This document shows, piece after piece, positions 45,622 to 55,765 of a stretch of DNA of 64,000 nt (positions are counted from its first letter, which is position 1; every line of letters starts with the position of its first letter). A program made the position numbers and the translations under genes. Origin of the DNA: Spirochaetia bacterium (GTDB taxonomy: Bacteria; Spirochaetota; Spirochaetia; UBA9216); the NCBI GenBank assembly GCA_963677925.2, contig CAXXYH010000004.1:2208001-2272000 (forward strand). The letters are read 5' to 3'. The notes beneath the pieces are model-generated. The model ran no database searches. It saw nothing but the letters and a program-made list of their open reading frames with translations, and had not been told where the DNA came from.

Positions 45622-46644
45622 ATGAATATATCTGTATATAAACCGTCCATCAGAAGAAAAGAAATGGACGCTGTTCTCACATGCATGGTCTCCGACCGTA
45701 TCGGTTTCGGGGAGGCCGCTTCACAGCTTGTAAAGGATCTTTCGGCATACATCGGCTGTAAGGGCGGCTTTGCATACAAAGAGTATTACAGGGCAATTTC
45801 CACAGCTCTTGAGGCTCTCGGTCTTGAACCTGGGAGCGGGATAATTGTGTCTGCTCTTGCACCTGAATTATACGAAATGGTTATCCGGGACTGCGGATTT
45901 ACCCCGGTAATCCTGGATGTTGATCCGGATACCGGCTGTCTGAGTGCTGAGCTTGCGGAGCAGAATGCCGAATCAGCTGCCGCAATTATTATGCATTACA
46001 CCATGGGTTTTGTTCCCGATGCTGAAAGGCTCCTTGGAATTGGACTTCCCGTTATTGAAGATATCTCAATGGCTCTCGGTGCCGAAATAGGCGAGGCCAA
46101 AGCAGGTTCTCTCGGCCGCTTTACCATTCTGAACATGGATGAAGACGGTATGATTACATCAGGCGGGGGCGCAGTGGTTCTATCAGGTTCAAACAAGGAC
46201 AGGGCAGCACTGAAAGCTGCTGCAGAGAAGCTTCATCCTTCAATGTTTCTTCCCGATATGAATGCTTCCCTTGCTATTGCCCAGCTGAATAATATTTCCG
46301 ACTATCTTGATGCCCGGGCTGAGATTGCTGATATTTTCGTTAAATCGGTAATGAGGTCAAAGCATAAAATCCTTATGCAGAAATCAGAAGATAAAAACGT
46401 TTACTACAGCTTTCCGGTTATTCTGGAAACCGGGCTTGCTGAAGTTGCAGCCTATGCCAGGAAGAAGAATATTCTTACTGAACCGGCGTTTGCCGGGGCA
46501 ATTGCAGCCTACTCCGATGAAGCACAGGGCAGCTGTCCCGAGGCAAAGGCTCTGCTTCTGCGCTGTGTGAATTTCCCGCTCTATCCGATGCTCGGGAAAA
46601 AGAATATCGCAGAAATCTCAAAAGTTCTGTCTTCTCTTCCGTAA
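45622..46644 (+). CDS. DegT/DnrJ/EryC1/StrS-family protein, apparently lacking the PLP lysine
   Basis: PVILDVDPDT, IEDISMALGA, GSLG, PLYPML; the FSF..K.ITTGEGG motif reads LNMDEDGMITSGGG. Confidence 0.75.
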   Translation: MNISVYKPSIRRKEMDAVLTCMVSDRIGFGEAASQLVKDLSAYIGCKGGFAYKEYYRAISTALEALGLEPGSGIIVSALAPELYEMVIRDCGFTPVILDVDPDTGCLSAELAEQNAESAAAIIMHYTMGFVPDAERLLGIGLPVIEDISMALGAEIGEAKAGSLGRFTILNMDEDGMITSGGGAVVLSGSNKDRAALKAAAEKLHPSMFLPDMNASLAIAQLNNISDYLDARAEIADIFVKSVMRSKHKILMQKSEDKNVYYSFPVILETGLAEVAAYARKKNILTEPAFAGAIAAYSDEAQGSCPEAKALLLRCVNFPLYPMLGKKNIAEISKVLSSLP

Positions 46645-46663
46645 GGGGCCGGAATATCCTATT

Positions 46664-47518
46664 ATGCGGAAAGTGATTAAAAAAGCGGCAATTATAGTAA
46701 ATATGCTCAAGCCTGAAGCCAGTGAACTGGTGAAGGATATTGTAGCGTACCTTGAAACCCGCAGCATAGCATCAGCCGTTTTCGGCTATACCGGCGATCC
46801 TATTAAACCGGAAATTGATGACATTGATATTGCCTTTTCTCTCGGCGGTGACGGGACAGTCCTTTTCTGCGCGAGAATTCTGGCTGATTCTGATGTTCCG
46901 GTTTTTGCAGTAAATATCGGGAACTTCGGCTTTATAACTGAAGTGTCCAAGGATGAATGGCGGGAAACCTTCGAAGACTATCTTGAAGGCCGTCTTGGCT
47001 TAAGCCGAAGGCTCATGCTTGAAGTTGAAGTTGAGCGAAAGGGTAAGATTGTATCAAAATTTGCCTGCCTCAATGATTCGGTAATTTCAGCATACGGCAT
47101 ATCAAAGATGATCAGGCTTTCAGTTGCTCTTGATGACACTCCGCTTGGTGAATACCGGGCTGATGGAATAATTGTCTCCACTCCTACCGGCGCTACCGCC
47201 TATTCAGCTGCCGCCGGAGGGCCTCTTCTGGATCCTGAGATGGATGCTATCCTGATTAACCCGATTTGTCCGTTTACGCTCTCCAACCGTCCAATAGTTG
47301 TTCAAGCAGACCGAGAAATCAGCGTTATAGTTGAACAGGAGCAGAGGGCCCGTGTTATACTGACTATAGACGGGCAGATGGTTTTTCCTCTGAATCCGAT
47401 GGATCGAATAATCTACCGCCAGGCAGCTAAAAAGGCTCAGATTATCAGGTCCGGCCGAAGGAATTTCTATGAAATTCTTAGAAGCAAGCTGAAGTGGTCT
47501 GGAGGTCCGGATGCTTGA
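46664..47518 (+). CDS. nadK: NAD kinase
   Basis: GGDGT, GNFGFI, LND, DGIIVSTPTGATAYS. Confidence 0.95.
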   Translation: MRKVIKKAAIIVNMLKPEASELVKDIVAYLETRSIASAVFGYTGDPIKPEIDDIDIAFSLGGDGTVLFCARILADSDVPVFAVNIGNFGFITEVSKDEWRETFEDYLEGRLGLSRRLMLEVEVERKGKIVSKFACLNDSVISAYGISKMIRLSVALDDTPLGEYRADGIIVSTPTGATAYSAAAGGPLLDPEMDAILINPICPFTLSNRPIVVQADREISVIVEQEQRARVILTIDGQMVFPLNPMDRIIYRQAAKKAQIIRSGRRNFYEILRSKLKWSGGPDA

Positions 47519-49223
47519 GGTTATAAACATCAGAAATTACGCTCTTGCAGAAAATCTCTCAGTTGAATTTCATGAGGGGCTTAATATTCTGTCCGGGGAA
47601 ACCGGTTCAGGAAAATCGGTTATTATCGGGGCTCTCGGCCTTGTCCTGGGCGAAAAAGGTGATTCCGGAGTTATCAGGACCGGCACTGATGAAACCGAAG
47701 TTTCTGCTGTTGTAAATCTTGAAGGGAATACCGAAGCCCTGGAGTGGCTTGAATCCAGGGCAATTGAACCTGACGACGGCAGTATTATCCTCCGCAGAAT
47801 CCTTAAAAGTACCGGCCGGGGAAGCATTTTTATTCAGTCTGTTCCGGTAACCAGAAATGATATTGCCGAGTTTACATCGCTTCTTTTTGATATCCATGGA
47901 CAGCATGAGCATCAGTCCCTTCTTTCCGCGGACAAGCATCTTAAGCTTCTCGATCTGTACGGCGGAACTCAGGAGCTTGCGTCCGGCCTTCGGGATGATT
48001 TTACCGAGCTTTCCGCTGTAAAAAAGGAATACCAGAGTCTTGTCTCCGACGAGAGGGAAATGCTTCGTGAAGCAGAGCTTGCCGAATTTGCGGTACGTGA
48101 GATTGAAGCTGCCGGACTTAAACCCGGCGAGATAGAAGCTCTTGAAACCGAACACAGTATGCTCTCGCAGGCTGAGAAGCTGTTTATCTACTTTGAGGAT
48201 ATCCACAGGGGCTTGAGCAGCGGAAGCGGCGCAATGGGCGGACTGCGGAAAGCGCTTGATGCTCTAAGGGAAATAAGCAGGATCAATCCTGAGTTTGCTG
48301 AATATACCGGCAGGCTTGAAAATATATATTATGAAACTGAAGACATTCAGAACAGTGTGGAATCCTACCGGTCAGATTTTGATTTCAGCCCGCAGAGACT
48401 GGAAGCCTGTGAAACCAGGCTTTCCGACATCCTTAAGCTGAAAAAGAAATACGGCGATACCGAGGAGGAGATTCTCGAATTTCTCGAAACAAGCCGGAGG
48501 CGGATTGACAGCATAGAGAATCGGGAGGAGCTTAAAGCCGAATACGGTGAAAAAGTTTCAGTGCTTGAAAAGAAAGTCCTTGCAAGCGCCTCGGAACTTT
48601 CGTCACAACGGAAAAAGAGTGCTCTGGCACTTCAAAAAGCTATCCAGCAGCAGCTTAAAGCCCTGGGTATGCCCAAAGCCGAGTTTTCTGTTTCAGTTGA
48701 ACCCCGGCTCGGAGTAAACGGCAAGCCGGCCTGCGGTCCGCAGGGCTATGACCAGGTAGAGTTCATGATCGCCCCCAATCAGGGTGAAACTGCAAAAAAA
48801 CTGCGAAGTATAGCCTCCGGAGGAGAAATTTCACGCGTAATGCTTGCAATTAAGTCAATTCTTGCCGAAATTGATAATATAAGCTGTCTTGTCTTTGATG
48901 AGATTGATGCCGGAATCGGCGGTGAAATTGCTGTAGCTGTGGGAGAGCATCTGCATAAATTATCTTTATGCAAGCAGATTATCTGCATTACACATCTTGC
49001 CTCCATCGGTGTCCGAGCGGATAACCACATCAAAGTAAGCAAGATTACAAGAGACGGTCGAACTTTTACCGAGATCAGCAGGATTGAAGGTGAGGAACAA
49101 ATCACTGAAATAGCCAGAATGCTTTCCGGTGACAGTAACGAGGATGCATCGCTCCAGCATGCAAGGCAGCTTCTGGATAAGTACAGCAGCATTGAAGGAA
49201 TAGGAACCTGTGGGAAAGATTAG
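47511..49223 (+). CDS. recN: DNA repair protein RecN
   Basis: SGETGSGKS, DIHGQHEHQ, ASGGEISRVMLA, FDEIDAGIGG, CITHL, EIARMLSG. Confidence 0.96.
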   Translation: MLEVINIRNYALAENLSVEFHEGLNILSGETGSGKSVIIGALGLVLGEKGDSGVIRTGTDETEVSAVVNLEGNTEALEWLESRAIEPDDGSIILRRILKSTGRGSIFIQSVPVTRNDIAEFTSLLFDIHGQHEHQSLLSADKHLKLLDLYGGTQELASGLRDDFTELSAVKKEYQSLVSDEREMLREAELAEFAVREIEAAGLKPGEIEALETEHSMLSQAEKLFIYFEDIHRGLSSGSGAMGGLRKALDALREISRINPEFAEYTGRLENIYYETEDIQNSVESYRSDFDFSPQRLEACETRLSDILKLKKKYGDTEEEILEFLETSRRRIDSIENREELKAEYGEKVSVLEKKVLASASELSSQRKKSALALQKAIQQQLKALGMPKAEFSVSVEPRLGVNGKPACGPQGYDQVEFMIAPNQGETAKKLRSIASGGEISRVMLAIKSILAEIDNISCLVFDEIDAGIGGEIAVAVGEHLHKLSLCKQIICITHLASIGVRADNHIKVSKITRDGRTFTEISRIEGEEQITEIARMLSGDSNEDASLQHARQLLDKYSSIEGIGTCGKD

Positions 49224-50028
49224 TGCTCAGGCCAAAGAGGAATATACAGATAAACTCAAGGATTTTAAGGTTGAACTGGAACGTCTCAGGGAATCTGAAT
49301 ATAACCTCGGAACGATTGCAAGGCGGGAACGGGATAAAACAGGTGCCGGATTTCTAAGGGTTGCTGATGAAAACCTCAATATCGTATCCTATCTGGTCCT
49401 GATGAATAACCTTTCTGTTGCAATGCTGGGAATTAAAAATGATGCTTATCTTAATGAGGCTAGAAAAACCTGTTATAAAGCCATTATCAGCATAGAAGAT
49501 GCTGTCTCGAATTTTATAGATGTGCCGTATTCTGAATATGAAGATCGGCTTGAAAAACTGAAAAATGTGGATCAGAAACAGCGATGGACTTTAATCCGGA
49601 AACTCGGTTTTGCAATTCAGTCGGTCAAAGAGGGGTTCGGCGAAAATACAAAATGGAGATGGTCTTTTGCGGAAATTGAAGCAAGATTTGCAATCGTTGC
49701 AAAGAATCTTCTGGATCTGAAAACTCTCACTGCAGGCCTTGACCCCAGGGCTGAGTTCTACCGGGAGAGACAGGCTCATCTGAAGCTTGTAAAGAAACTG
49801 CTTCAGTCCGCGGCTGACGGCTATCGGGAGAAATATGAGCTTTCCACACTTCGTATCGATGATTTCAAACTTGCAATAAATTATCTTGGTGCACTCAGAC
49901 GCCTCAACGCGATTGTCGGCGAACCCGAAGAGGCGAATGATCTGAAAAAGAAAATCGATGTCTGGAAAAGTAAAATGGATCAGGATATCAAGAAAAAAGA
50001 ATCAGCCTCGAAATCCGGTTCTATATAG
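49210..50028 (+). CDS. Conserved hypothetical helical protein
   Basis: GTG start overlapping the recN end; GENTKWRWSF and YREKYELST motifs; all-helical character. Confidence 0.7.
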   Translation: MGKISAQAKEEYTDKLKDFKVELERLRESEYNLGTIARRERDKTGAGFLRVADENLNIVSYLVLMNNLSVAMLGIKNDAYLNEARKTCYKAIISIEDAVSNFIDVPYSEYEDRLEKLKNVDQKQRWTLIRKLGFAIQSVKEGFGENTKWRWSFAEIEARFAIVAKNLLDLKTLTAGLDPRAEFYRERQAHLKLVKKLLQSAADGYREKYELSTLRIDDFKLAINYLGALRRLNAIVGEPEEANDLKKKIDVWKSKMDQDIKKKESASKSGSI

Positions 50029-50035
50029 TCTTCCT

Positions 50036-50452
50036 TTATTCGGAATATTTTCCGTCTTTAAGTTCTTCCAATGCGTCAAATGGCATCAGTTCCCCTGTTG
50101 TGGTGCTTACGAAGTTATTCATATCTTCTCCGCAAAAATAAACCGGAAAATCTTTAAGCGTGAATTCCGAAATAACCTGTCTGCATGCGCCGCAGGGTGA
50201 AACAGGATATTCGGCTCTGGGGCATGCTATTGCAAGGGCTTTAAAATTTCTTATTCCCAGAGATATCGCTTTTACTATAGCGCTTCGTTCCGCACATATT
50301 GTTAGTCCGAATGAACGGTTCTCAACATTTGCTCCGGTAATTACCTCACCGTTTTCACAGAGCAGTGCAGCCCCAACCGGGAAATGTGAATATGGTGAAT
50401 AAGTTTCTTCAGCAGCTTTTCTTGCTTCCTGCAGCAGTTCTTCTGGTTTCAC
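50036..50452 (-). CDS. cdd: Cytidine deaminase
   Basis: YSPYSHFPVGAA, GANVEN, CAERSA, SPCGACRQ. Confidence 0.95.
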   Translation of the reverse strand: MKPEELLQEARKAAEETYSPYSHFPVGAALLCENGEVITGANVENRSFGLTICAERSAIVKAISLGIRNFKALAIACPRAEYPVSPCGACRQVISEFTLKDFPVYFCGEDMNNFVSTTTGELMPFDALEELKDGKYSE

Positions 50453-50543
50453 AGTGTACTCCTTGGGTGAAATTGCCGAAACTGTAAACAGTGTTTGACA
50501 GTGTCACACCTAATAGTATAGGATGCAATTGAATGTGGGAGCA

Positions 50544-51599
50544 ATGAAAAAAAGATTTACTATCGGAATATTTTTTATCGTACTTGCTGCATACACCTTG
50601 ATTTTTCCCCATTTTATCAGGAAAGAGTTGGTGTTTCTGCCTTCATGGGCAACCGTGATACCGGAAGAACATACTGCAGCCCCGGCGGATCCAGGAGATT
50701 TGGTACCTTTCAAGTTCAGCGGAAAGTTCGGCTATATCAGCCCCTCCGGAATGCTTGCCTACTCAGACAGCTTTCTCTCTGATGCCGCTGTTGCCGGAGA
50801 TTTTTTTATTAACTATTCAAATGTCTCGGAACGCCTGGTTATGCAGGATCAGAACGGCCGAATTCTCAACAGTATCGATACTGAAGGATATCCGTTTTTT
50901 CTTAATGAAAGATTCTATGTAATATCGGCCGACAGAATGACAGTTTCGGAATATGATGAGGAGGGGGAGGTTTTGTGGACTGTCTCTCCCGGAGCAATGA
51001 TCACCTGTGCTGATGCCAGCTCCAAATACACACTGCTTGGACTTCTTAACGGAGATGTTCTTCTCTTTGATCATGACGGAACTCAGCTTTTCTCTTTCTT
51101 CTCGACAGAGAGCAGATACAGTGCCGTTTACGGCTGCTCGATTACCGCTGACGGCAGCAGTTTTGCTGTAGTCTCCGGGCTTAATCCTCAGAAACTTATC
51201 GTTTTTCAGAAACGGAATGAAAAATACAGCCGGATCTTTACATCTGATACTGCTGAACAGGTCAGACGTAACCTTTACCTGGATTTTTCCAGAGACGGTA
51301 AGTACTTGTATCTGGAAACATCAGAAGGCCTGGCTTTTTATCATACTGTCAAATTTGAAGACGGAATGAAACCTCTTGAGGGAAGGATAGTTTACTCCAG
51401 TATTGCTTCAGAAAAAGGTCTGTCCTATGTTGTCACCCACGAAGGCAGTAAAGCCCTGCTTAATGTTTACAGAAATGACATTGGCAGTCTTGCGGATTTC
51501 AGTTTTCCGTTTGAGGATTTTTTCTTTTATCCAGCTGACGGATGTCTCTATGTAGGATCAGGCGATACATTGGTCAGAATTGACATAATTGAAGGATAA
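50544..51599 (+). CDS. Membrane-anchored beta-propeller (WD40-like) hypothetical protein
   Basis: N-terminal TM; repeated blades (GEVLW, LGLLNGDVLLFD, ITADGS, FSRDGKYL); GGGAG RBS before ATG 50544. Confidence 0.6.
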   Translation: MKKRFTIGIFFIVLAAYTLIFPHFIRKELVFLPSWATVIPEEHTAAPADPGDLVPFKFSGKFGYISPSGMLAYSDSFLSDAAVAGDFFINYSNVSERLVMQDQNGRILNSIDTEGYPFFLNERFYVISADRMTVSEYDEEGEVLWTVSPGAMITCADASSKYTLLGLLNGDVLLFDHDGTQLFSFFSTESRYSAVYGCSITADGSSFAVVSGLNPQKLIVFQKRNEKYSRIFTSDTAEQVRRNLYLDFSRDGKYLYLETSEGLAFYHTVKFEDGMKPLEGRIVYSSIASEKGLSYVVTHEGSKALLNVYRNDIGSLADFSFPFEDFFFYPADGCLYVGSGDTLVRIDIIEG

Positions 51600-52482
51600 C
51601 GGATTGAAGAATAAAAGCTTCTTTTTGATATTTATATTTATTCTCACGGGATTAAGCGGTCTATCCGCTTTTGACTGGCCTGTTTCGGACGCCTTGATCA
51701 CAAGTACATTCGGTACTGAAAAATGGGGCGGATTTTCTTCCGGGATCGATTTATCGTCGGATTCTGCAGAGGTCAGCCCGTCAGAGGCCGGTGAGGTAAT
51801 ATTCTATGCTGATGAGAATTCCATTTGTGCAATCCCGGCAGGTCTTGGTTCTTTTGTCGTTATTGAGCATGAACGCAAGCTCCGAACCATATATGGAAAT
51901 CTTGAAGAGGGCAGCATTGAAACCGAAAAGACTTCGGTGAATACCGATGATATAATAGGAAAAGCCGGACAATCCGGAAACTCAGTTAAACCGCATCTTT
52001 TCTTTGCTGTTCTTGACAGCGAATTTGAACAGTATGTAAATCCTCTGCTTGTACTTAATTCCATATCAGATACCGAGAAACCGGTTATACGTGAAATCGG
52101 CTTTTCTACTGCCTCAGGCTACTATCCAGTAAGCGGAAAACCTGTCCTGCAGGCCGGAAATGCTGAACTTACCGCTGAAATATTTGATCCTTCACTTTCA
52201 TCAGCCTATTTTGCGCAGATGGCTCCATATAAGATACATCTTTTCCTCAACGGTGAGGAAATATTCTATATCGGCTTTGAATCTGTCGTAACGAACGGCG
52301 GTATTAGTATGACTAAGACCCCGGTAGAATTTTCGGCTCCTGACTTTTTCAAGGCGGACGGCAAGGTTTCTCTCGGACGGATTAATCTTGTTCCAGGAGA
52401 GTCCAGATTTGAAATCCTGGTAAGCGACTATGCGGGTAATGAAACAAGCAGCAGCTTTCGTATAACTGTAACCGGTAACTGA
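51589..52482 (+). CDS. M23 peptidase-like protein with degenerate Zn site and C-terminal Ig-like domain
   Basis: WPV..ITSTFG, GIDL, G.FVVIEH, IIGKAGQSG, PHLFF; C-terminal VSDYAGNE. Confidence 0.75.
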   Translation: MKDNGLKNKSFFLIFIFILTGLSGLSAFDWPVSDALITSTFGTEKWGGFSSGIDLSSDSAEVSPSEAGEVIFYADENSICAIPAGLGSFVVIEHERKLRTIYGNLEEGSIETEKTSVNTDDIIGKAGQSGNSVKPHLFFAVLDSEFEQYVNPLLVLNSISDTEKPVIREIGFSTASGYYPVSGKPVLQAGNAELTAEIFDPSLSSAYFAQMAPYKIHLFLNGEEIFYIGFESVVTNGGISMTKTPVEFSAPDFFKADGKVSLGRINLVPGESRFEILVSDYAGNETSSSFRITVTGN

Positions 52483-53352
52483 GTGAAAACATTCTCCAGA
52501 ATTCCTTCTGAAAAAAACAGCAGGGAAATTCCCTGCAGCCTCTGCGGAGCTGAAAATCACCGCCTTCTGTGGCAGTTTGACGGTTGGCAGTATGTGAAAT
52601 GCCGAAGCTGCGGCCTGGTTTACCAGTCTCCCCAGCCCGTAGCTGATGAGCTGGTTGAAAGATATGACGGTGAATACTGCAGTTATGAACTTGAGAACCA
52701 GGAAGCCTTTTTTAATCTTATGCTGCTGGGGCTGCGCGATGCCGGCTTTTACAGGCTTGAGAGCAAGCTCCTGGCTGATAGTAGTGATAATCCGGAGTCC
52801 GAACCGCTTTCCTTTATAGATGTGGGCTGTGCAACTGGTAAACTTGTTGAATATATGCAGAACCGGGGCTGGAATTCCTCCGGTATTGAAGTTTGTGAAT
52901 CGGCTGCACAGTACGGAATCGAGCACAGAGGCGTATCTATTCACATCGGGCCTGCAGAAAGTTCCGGAATTAACGATTCCTCAGTTGATCTTATCCACTG
53001 TTCTCATTTGATAGAGCACCTTAACAATCCTGATGCATATTTAAAATGGTGCTTTAGGGTTCTCAAACCAGGCGGGCATCTGATAGTAGTTACCCCGGAT
53101 ATCAGTGGAATGCAGGCGGTATTGTTCGGGCATGAATGGCGTTCTGCAATAGCTGATCATATGTATCTGTTTTCAGGCAGGACCCTACGCAGAATGCTTG
53201 AGAAAAACGGTTTCAAAATTAAAAAGCAAAAAACATGGGGTGGTCTTGCAGCCGGAACGGCACCTTTGCCCTTAAAAAAAGCAGCAGACAAACTGGTAAA
53301 ATTTACCGGCTGGGGTGATGTAGTCTGTATATTGGCTACCAAAGCTGCCTGA
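52483..53352 (+). CDS. Class I SAM-dependent methyltransferase with N-terminal Zn ribbon
   Basis: CSLCG..CRSCG, IDVGCATG, HLIEHL, LKPGG. Confidence 0.88.
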   Translation: MKTFSRIPSEKNSREIPCSLCGAENHRLLWQFDGWQYVKCRSCGLVYQSPQPVADELVERYDGEYCSYELENQEAFFNLMLLGLRDAGFYRLESKLLADSSDNPESEPLSFIDVGCATGKLVEYMQNRGWNSSGIEVCESAAQYGIEHRGVSIHIGPAESSGINDSSVDLIHCSHLIEHLNNPDAYLKWCFRVLKPGGHLIVVTPDISGMQAVLFGHEWRSAIADHMYLFSGRTLRRMLEKNGFKIKKQKTWGGLAAGTAPLPLKKAADKLVKFTGWGDVVCILATKAA

Positions 53353-53356
53353 TGTA

Positions 53357-53385
53357 TTGACATAACATATTCATTTATCTAGGAT
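53357..53385 (+). promoter_or_regulatory. sigma70-type promoter
   Basis: TTGACA-17-TAGGAT upstream of GGAGG RBS and ATG 53413. Confidence 0.6.
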
Positions 53386-53412
53386 AAACGTTGGTTGTAC
53401 TGGAGGAAGTAA

Positions 53413-54141
53413 ATGACTGAAGAGCGCCTGCAGCTTCTGCCCGAGGATTTCCTGAGAGAAATAGCAGCGAAAGAGGGTATCAGCTTTGATGATTCAATTG
53501 ATAAGGCTGAGCTTATCGATTTGATTCTTGATGCAATTGAGGAAGATCGTTCCGAGAAGGACCTTGCCAATAATCCGGCAATGCGTATCAAAGAAACCAA
53601 ATTTGACATCACACTAAACGAACAGTTTGATTTTGACGAAGATAAATATCCCCTGCCTGAAAAATATAATGAAACAAGAATAATGATGCTTCTTAGGGAT
53701 CCGGCCTGGGCATATACCTACTGGGATGTTAAGGAATCCGATATTGCCGCCGTTAAATATGGTGCAGCAAAGGGATCTCTTTTTCTCAGAGTCTATGAAC
53801 TGCTTGAAGGCGAGTTTAGTAAGAAAAACATCGCGGATTTCTTCGATATTCCGGTAAAACTTGATGATAATGACTGGTATATCAACCTTCCTGAGCCGGG
53901 AATCCATTATTGTGCAGAACTTATTCTGGATACTTCAAAGAATGAGAAAGTTCTATGCCGCTCGAATGTGGTACTAAGCCCTCTGTGGGAAGTTTCTGAA
54001 CCCGACGACCTTGCAATACTTAAAGGATCAGGCAATGATCTTCTGCTGGTTGCCGGCTTATATGACCTGGGGCTGGAGGGATCGTCTAGTAAGGTTCCCC
54101 AGCGGATTATATCTATGATAGATACCGAATTTCTGGAGTAA
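53413..54141 (+). CDS. DUF4912 family protein with Rho-N-like helical N-terminus
   Basis: LREIA..GI..KAELI, LPEKYNETRI.MLLRDP.WAYTYWD, WYINLP, RSNVV; usual partner of GH57 branching enzymes. Confidence 0.8.
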   Translation: MTEERLQLLPEDFLREIAAKEGISFDDSIDKAELIDLILDAIEEDRSEKDLANNPAMRIKETKFDITLNEQFDFDEDKYPLPEKYNETRIMMLLRDPAWAYTYWDVKESDIAAVKYGAAKGSLFLRVYELLEGEFSKKNIADFFDIPVKLDDNDWYINLPEPGIHYCAELILDTSKNEKVLCRSNVVLSPLWEVSEPDDLAILKGSGNDLLLVAGLYDLGLEGSSSKVPQRIISMIDTEFLE

Positions 54142-54148
54142 ACAGTTT

Positions 54149-55747
54149 ATGAGCATCGAAAAAGGATATCTTAGTCTTGTTCTGCATTCCCATCTTCCCT
54201 ATGTACATCATCCAGAGAAAGAAAACTGTCTTGAAGAACACTGGTTTTTTGACGCACTGGCTGAAACTTACCTTCCGATGCTGAAGATGCTTACATCGCT
54301 GCATGAAGAGGGTGTTCCTTACAGACTTACTCTGTCAATTTCACCGACACTTACCACAATGCTGATGGATGAACTTCTGCAGGAGAGATTTGTAACCTAT
54401 CTTGAAAACAGAATACTTCTTGGCGAAAAAGAACTCGTAAGAACCCAGAATAATCCGGAGCTTTATAAGCTTGCACAGATGTACAAGGCTCATTATGAGC
54501 AGGATCTTGATGATTTCGAAAATTTATATAAAAGAAACCTCATAAAAGGTTTTAAATATCTTGAAAAAGCGGGCTGTATAGAAATTATAACAACAGCAGC
54601 TACACATGCATTTCTTCCGCTTTACCAGGAATTTCCCCGTATTATTGAAGCCCAGATACACACTGCCGTTATTTCATACAGCAGGGTATTCGGGAAGGCT
54701 CCGAAGGGTATGTGGATTCCTGAGCTTGGCTATTTTCCGGGGCTTGGAAAATACCTTAAGCAGCATGGAATTGATTACAGTTTTATTGCTGCTCATGGGC
54801 AGCTCTTCGCAAAGAAAAAATCAAAATACGGAGTATATGCTCCTGTCCAGACAAGCAGCGGAATACTTGCCTTTTCAAGGGATATTCCTGCATCCAGAGC
54901 AGTATGGTCCGATGAAGACGGATATCCTGCAGATCAGGTTTACCGTGATTTTACGCAGGATATTGGTTTTAATCTTGATTTTGATTATATAGGTCCCCAT
55001 ATTTATGAAGATAAGGTCAGGCTTTCAACCGGATACAAATACTATAGAATTGACGGCGGAGAAAAAGGTCATATCTACAGACCGGAAGCTGCTGCTAAAA
55101 AAGCTTTGGAGCATGCAGACAATTTCATTTATATGCGCCGTAAACAGGTTAAGAAACTTGCACCTCTTCTTGATCGTCCGCCTATTATTGTCTGCCCCAA
55201 CGACTCCGAAATATTCGGGCGCTGGTGGTATGAGGGCTTAATCTGGCTGGAAAAAGTACTCCGGTATGCTTCTACTGCAGAAGACCTAGGACTTAGAACT
55301 CCTAGTGATTATATAGAAGAATTTCCCACAACTGAAAAGGTTGAGCCTATATACTCCAGCTGGGGCAACAAGGGGTATGGAGCAGTCTGGCTTGACGGAA
55401 GCAATGACTGGGTCTACCGACATGTTCACAAGGCTTCTGAGCGTATGCAGGAACTTGTGGCCAGATTCCCTGATGAGTCGGGACTGAAAAAGAGAGTTCT
55501 TGATCAGGCAGCCAGGGAGGTTCTCCTTGCTCAGGCTTCAGACTGGCCCTTTATAATGAAGACCTGCCGCAGTGCTGATTATGCACAGATGCGTGTAAAG
55601 CGCCATCTGTTCAACTTTAACCAGATTTACGATAATCTCTGCAGAAATACTGTTAATACCGAGTGGCTGACAAGGATAGAGAAGGAGAATAAGATTTTTC
55701 CGGATCTTGATTACAGAATATTCGGGGGAAGACAGTCAATAACCTGA
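54149..55747 (+). CDS. GH57 1,4-alpha-glucan branching enzyme (DUF1957)
   Basis: LVLHSHLPYV, ATHAFLP, WIPE nucleophile, DSEIFGRWWYEG acid/base, AREVLLAQASDWPF. Confidence 0.9.
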   Translation: MSIEKGYLSLVLHSHLPYVHHPEKENCLEEHWFFDALAETYLPMLKMLTSLHEEGVPYRLTLSISPTLTTMLMDELLQERFVTYLENRILLGEKELVRTQNNPELYKLAQMYKAHYEQDLDDFENLYKRNLIKGFKYLEKAGCIEIITTAATHAFLPLYQEFPRIIEAQIHTAVISYSRVFGKAPKGMWIPELGYFPGLGKYLKQHGIDYSFIAAHGQLFAKKKSKYGVYAPVQTSSGILAFSRDIPASRAVWSDEDGYPADQVYRDFTQDIGFNLDFDYIGPHIYEDKVRLSTGYKYYRIDGGEKGHIYRPEAAAKKALEHADNFIYMRRKQVKKLAPLLDRPPIIVCPNDSEIFGRWWYEGLIWLEKVLRYASTAEDLGLRTPSDYIEEFPTTEKVEPIYSSWGNKGYGAVWLDGSNDWVYRHVHKASERMQELVARFPDESGLKKRVLDQAAREVLLAQASDWPFIMKTCRSADYAQMRVKRHLFNFNQIYDNLCRNTVNTEWLTRIEKENKIFPDLDYRIFGGRQSIT

Positions 55748-55765
55748 GGACGGGCCTGTCCTCAG
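55744..55765. terminator. Hairpin containing the stop codons of both convergent genes
   Basis: CTGAGGAC-gggcct-GTCCTCAG. Confidence 0.45.

Noticed and set aside
52201-52944. Long antisense ORFs (for example 52201-52944, 9625-10335, 2929-3564, 21321-21932)
   Set aside because: They are shadows of well-supported genes on the opposite strand, with no recognisable motifs
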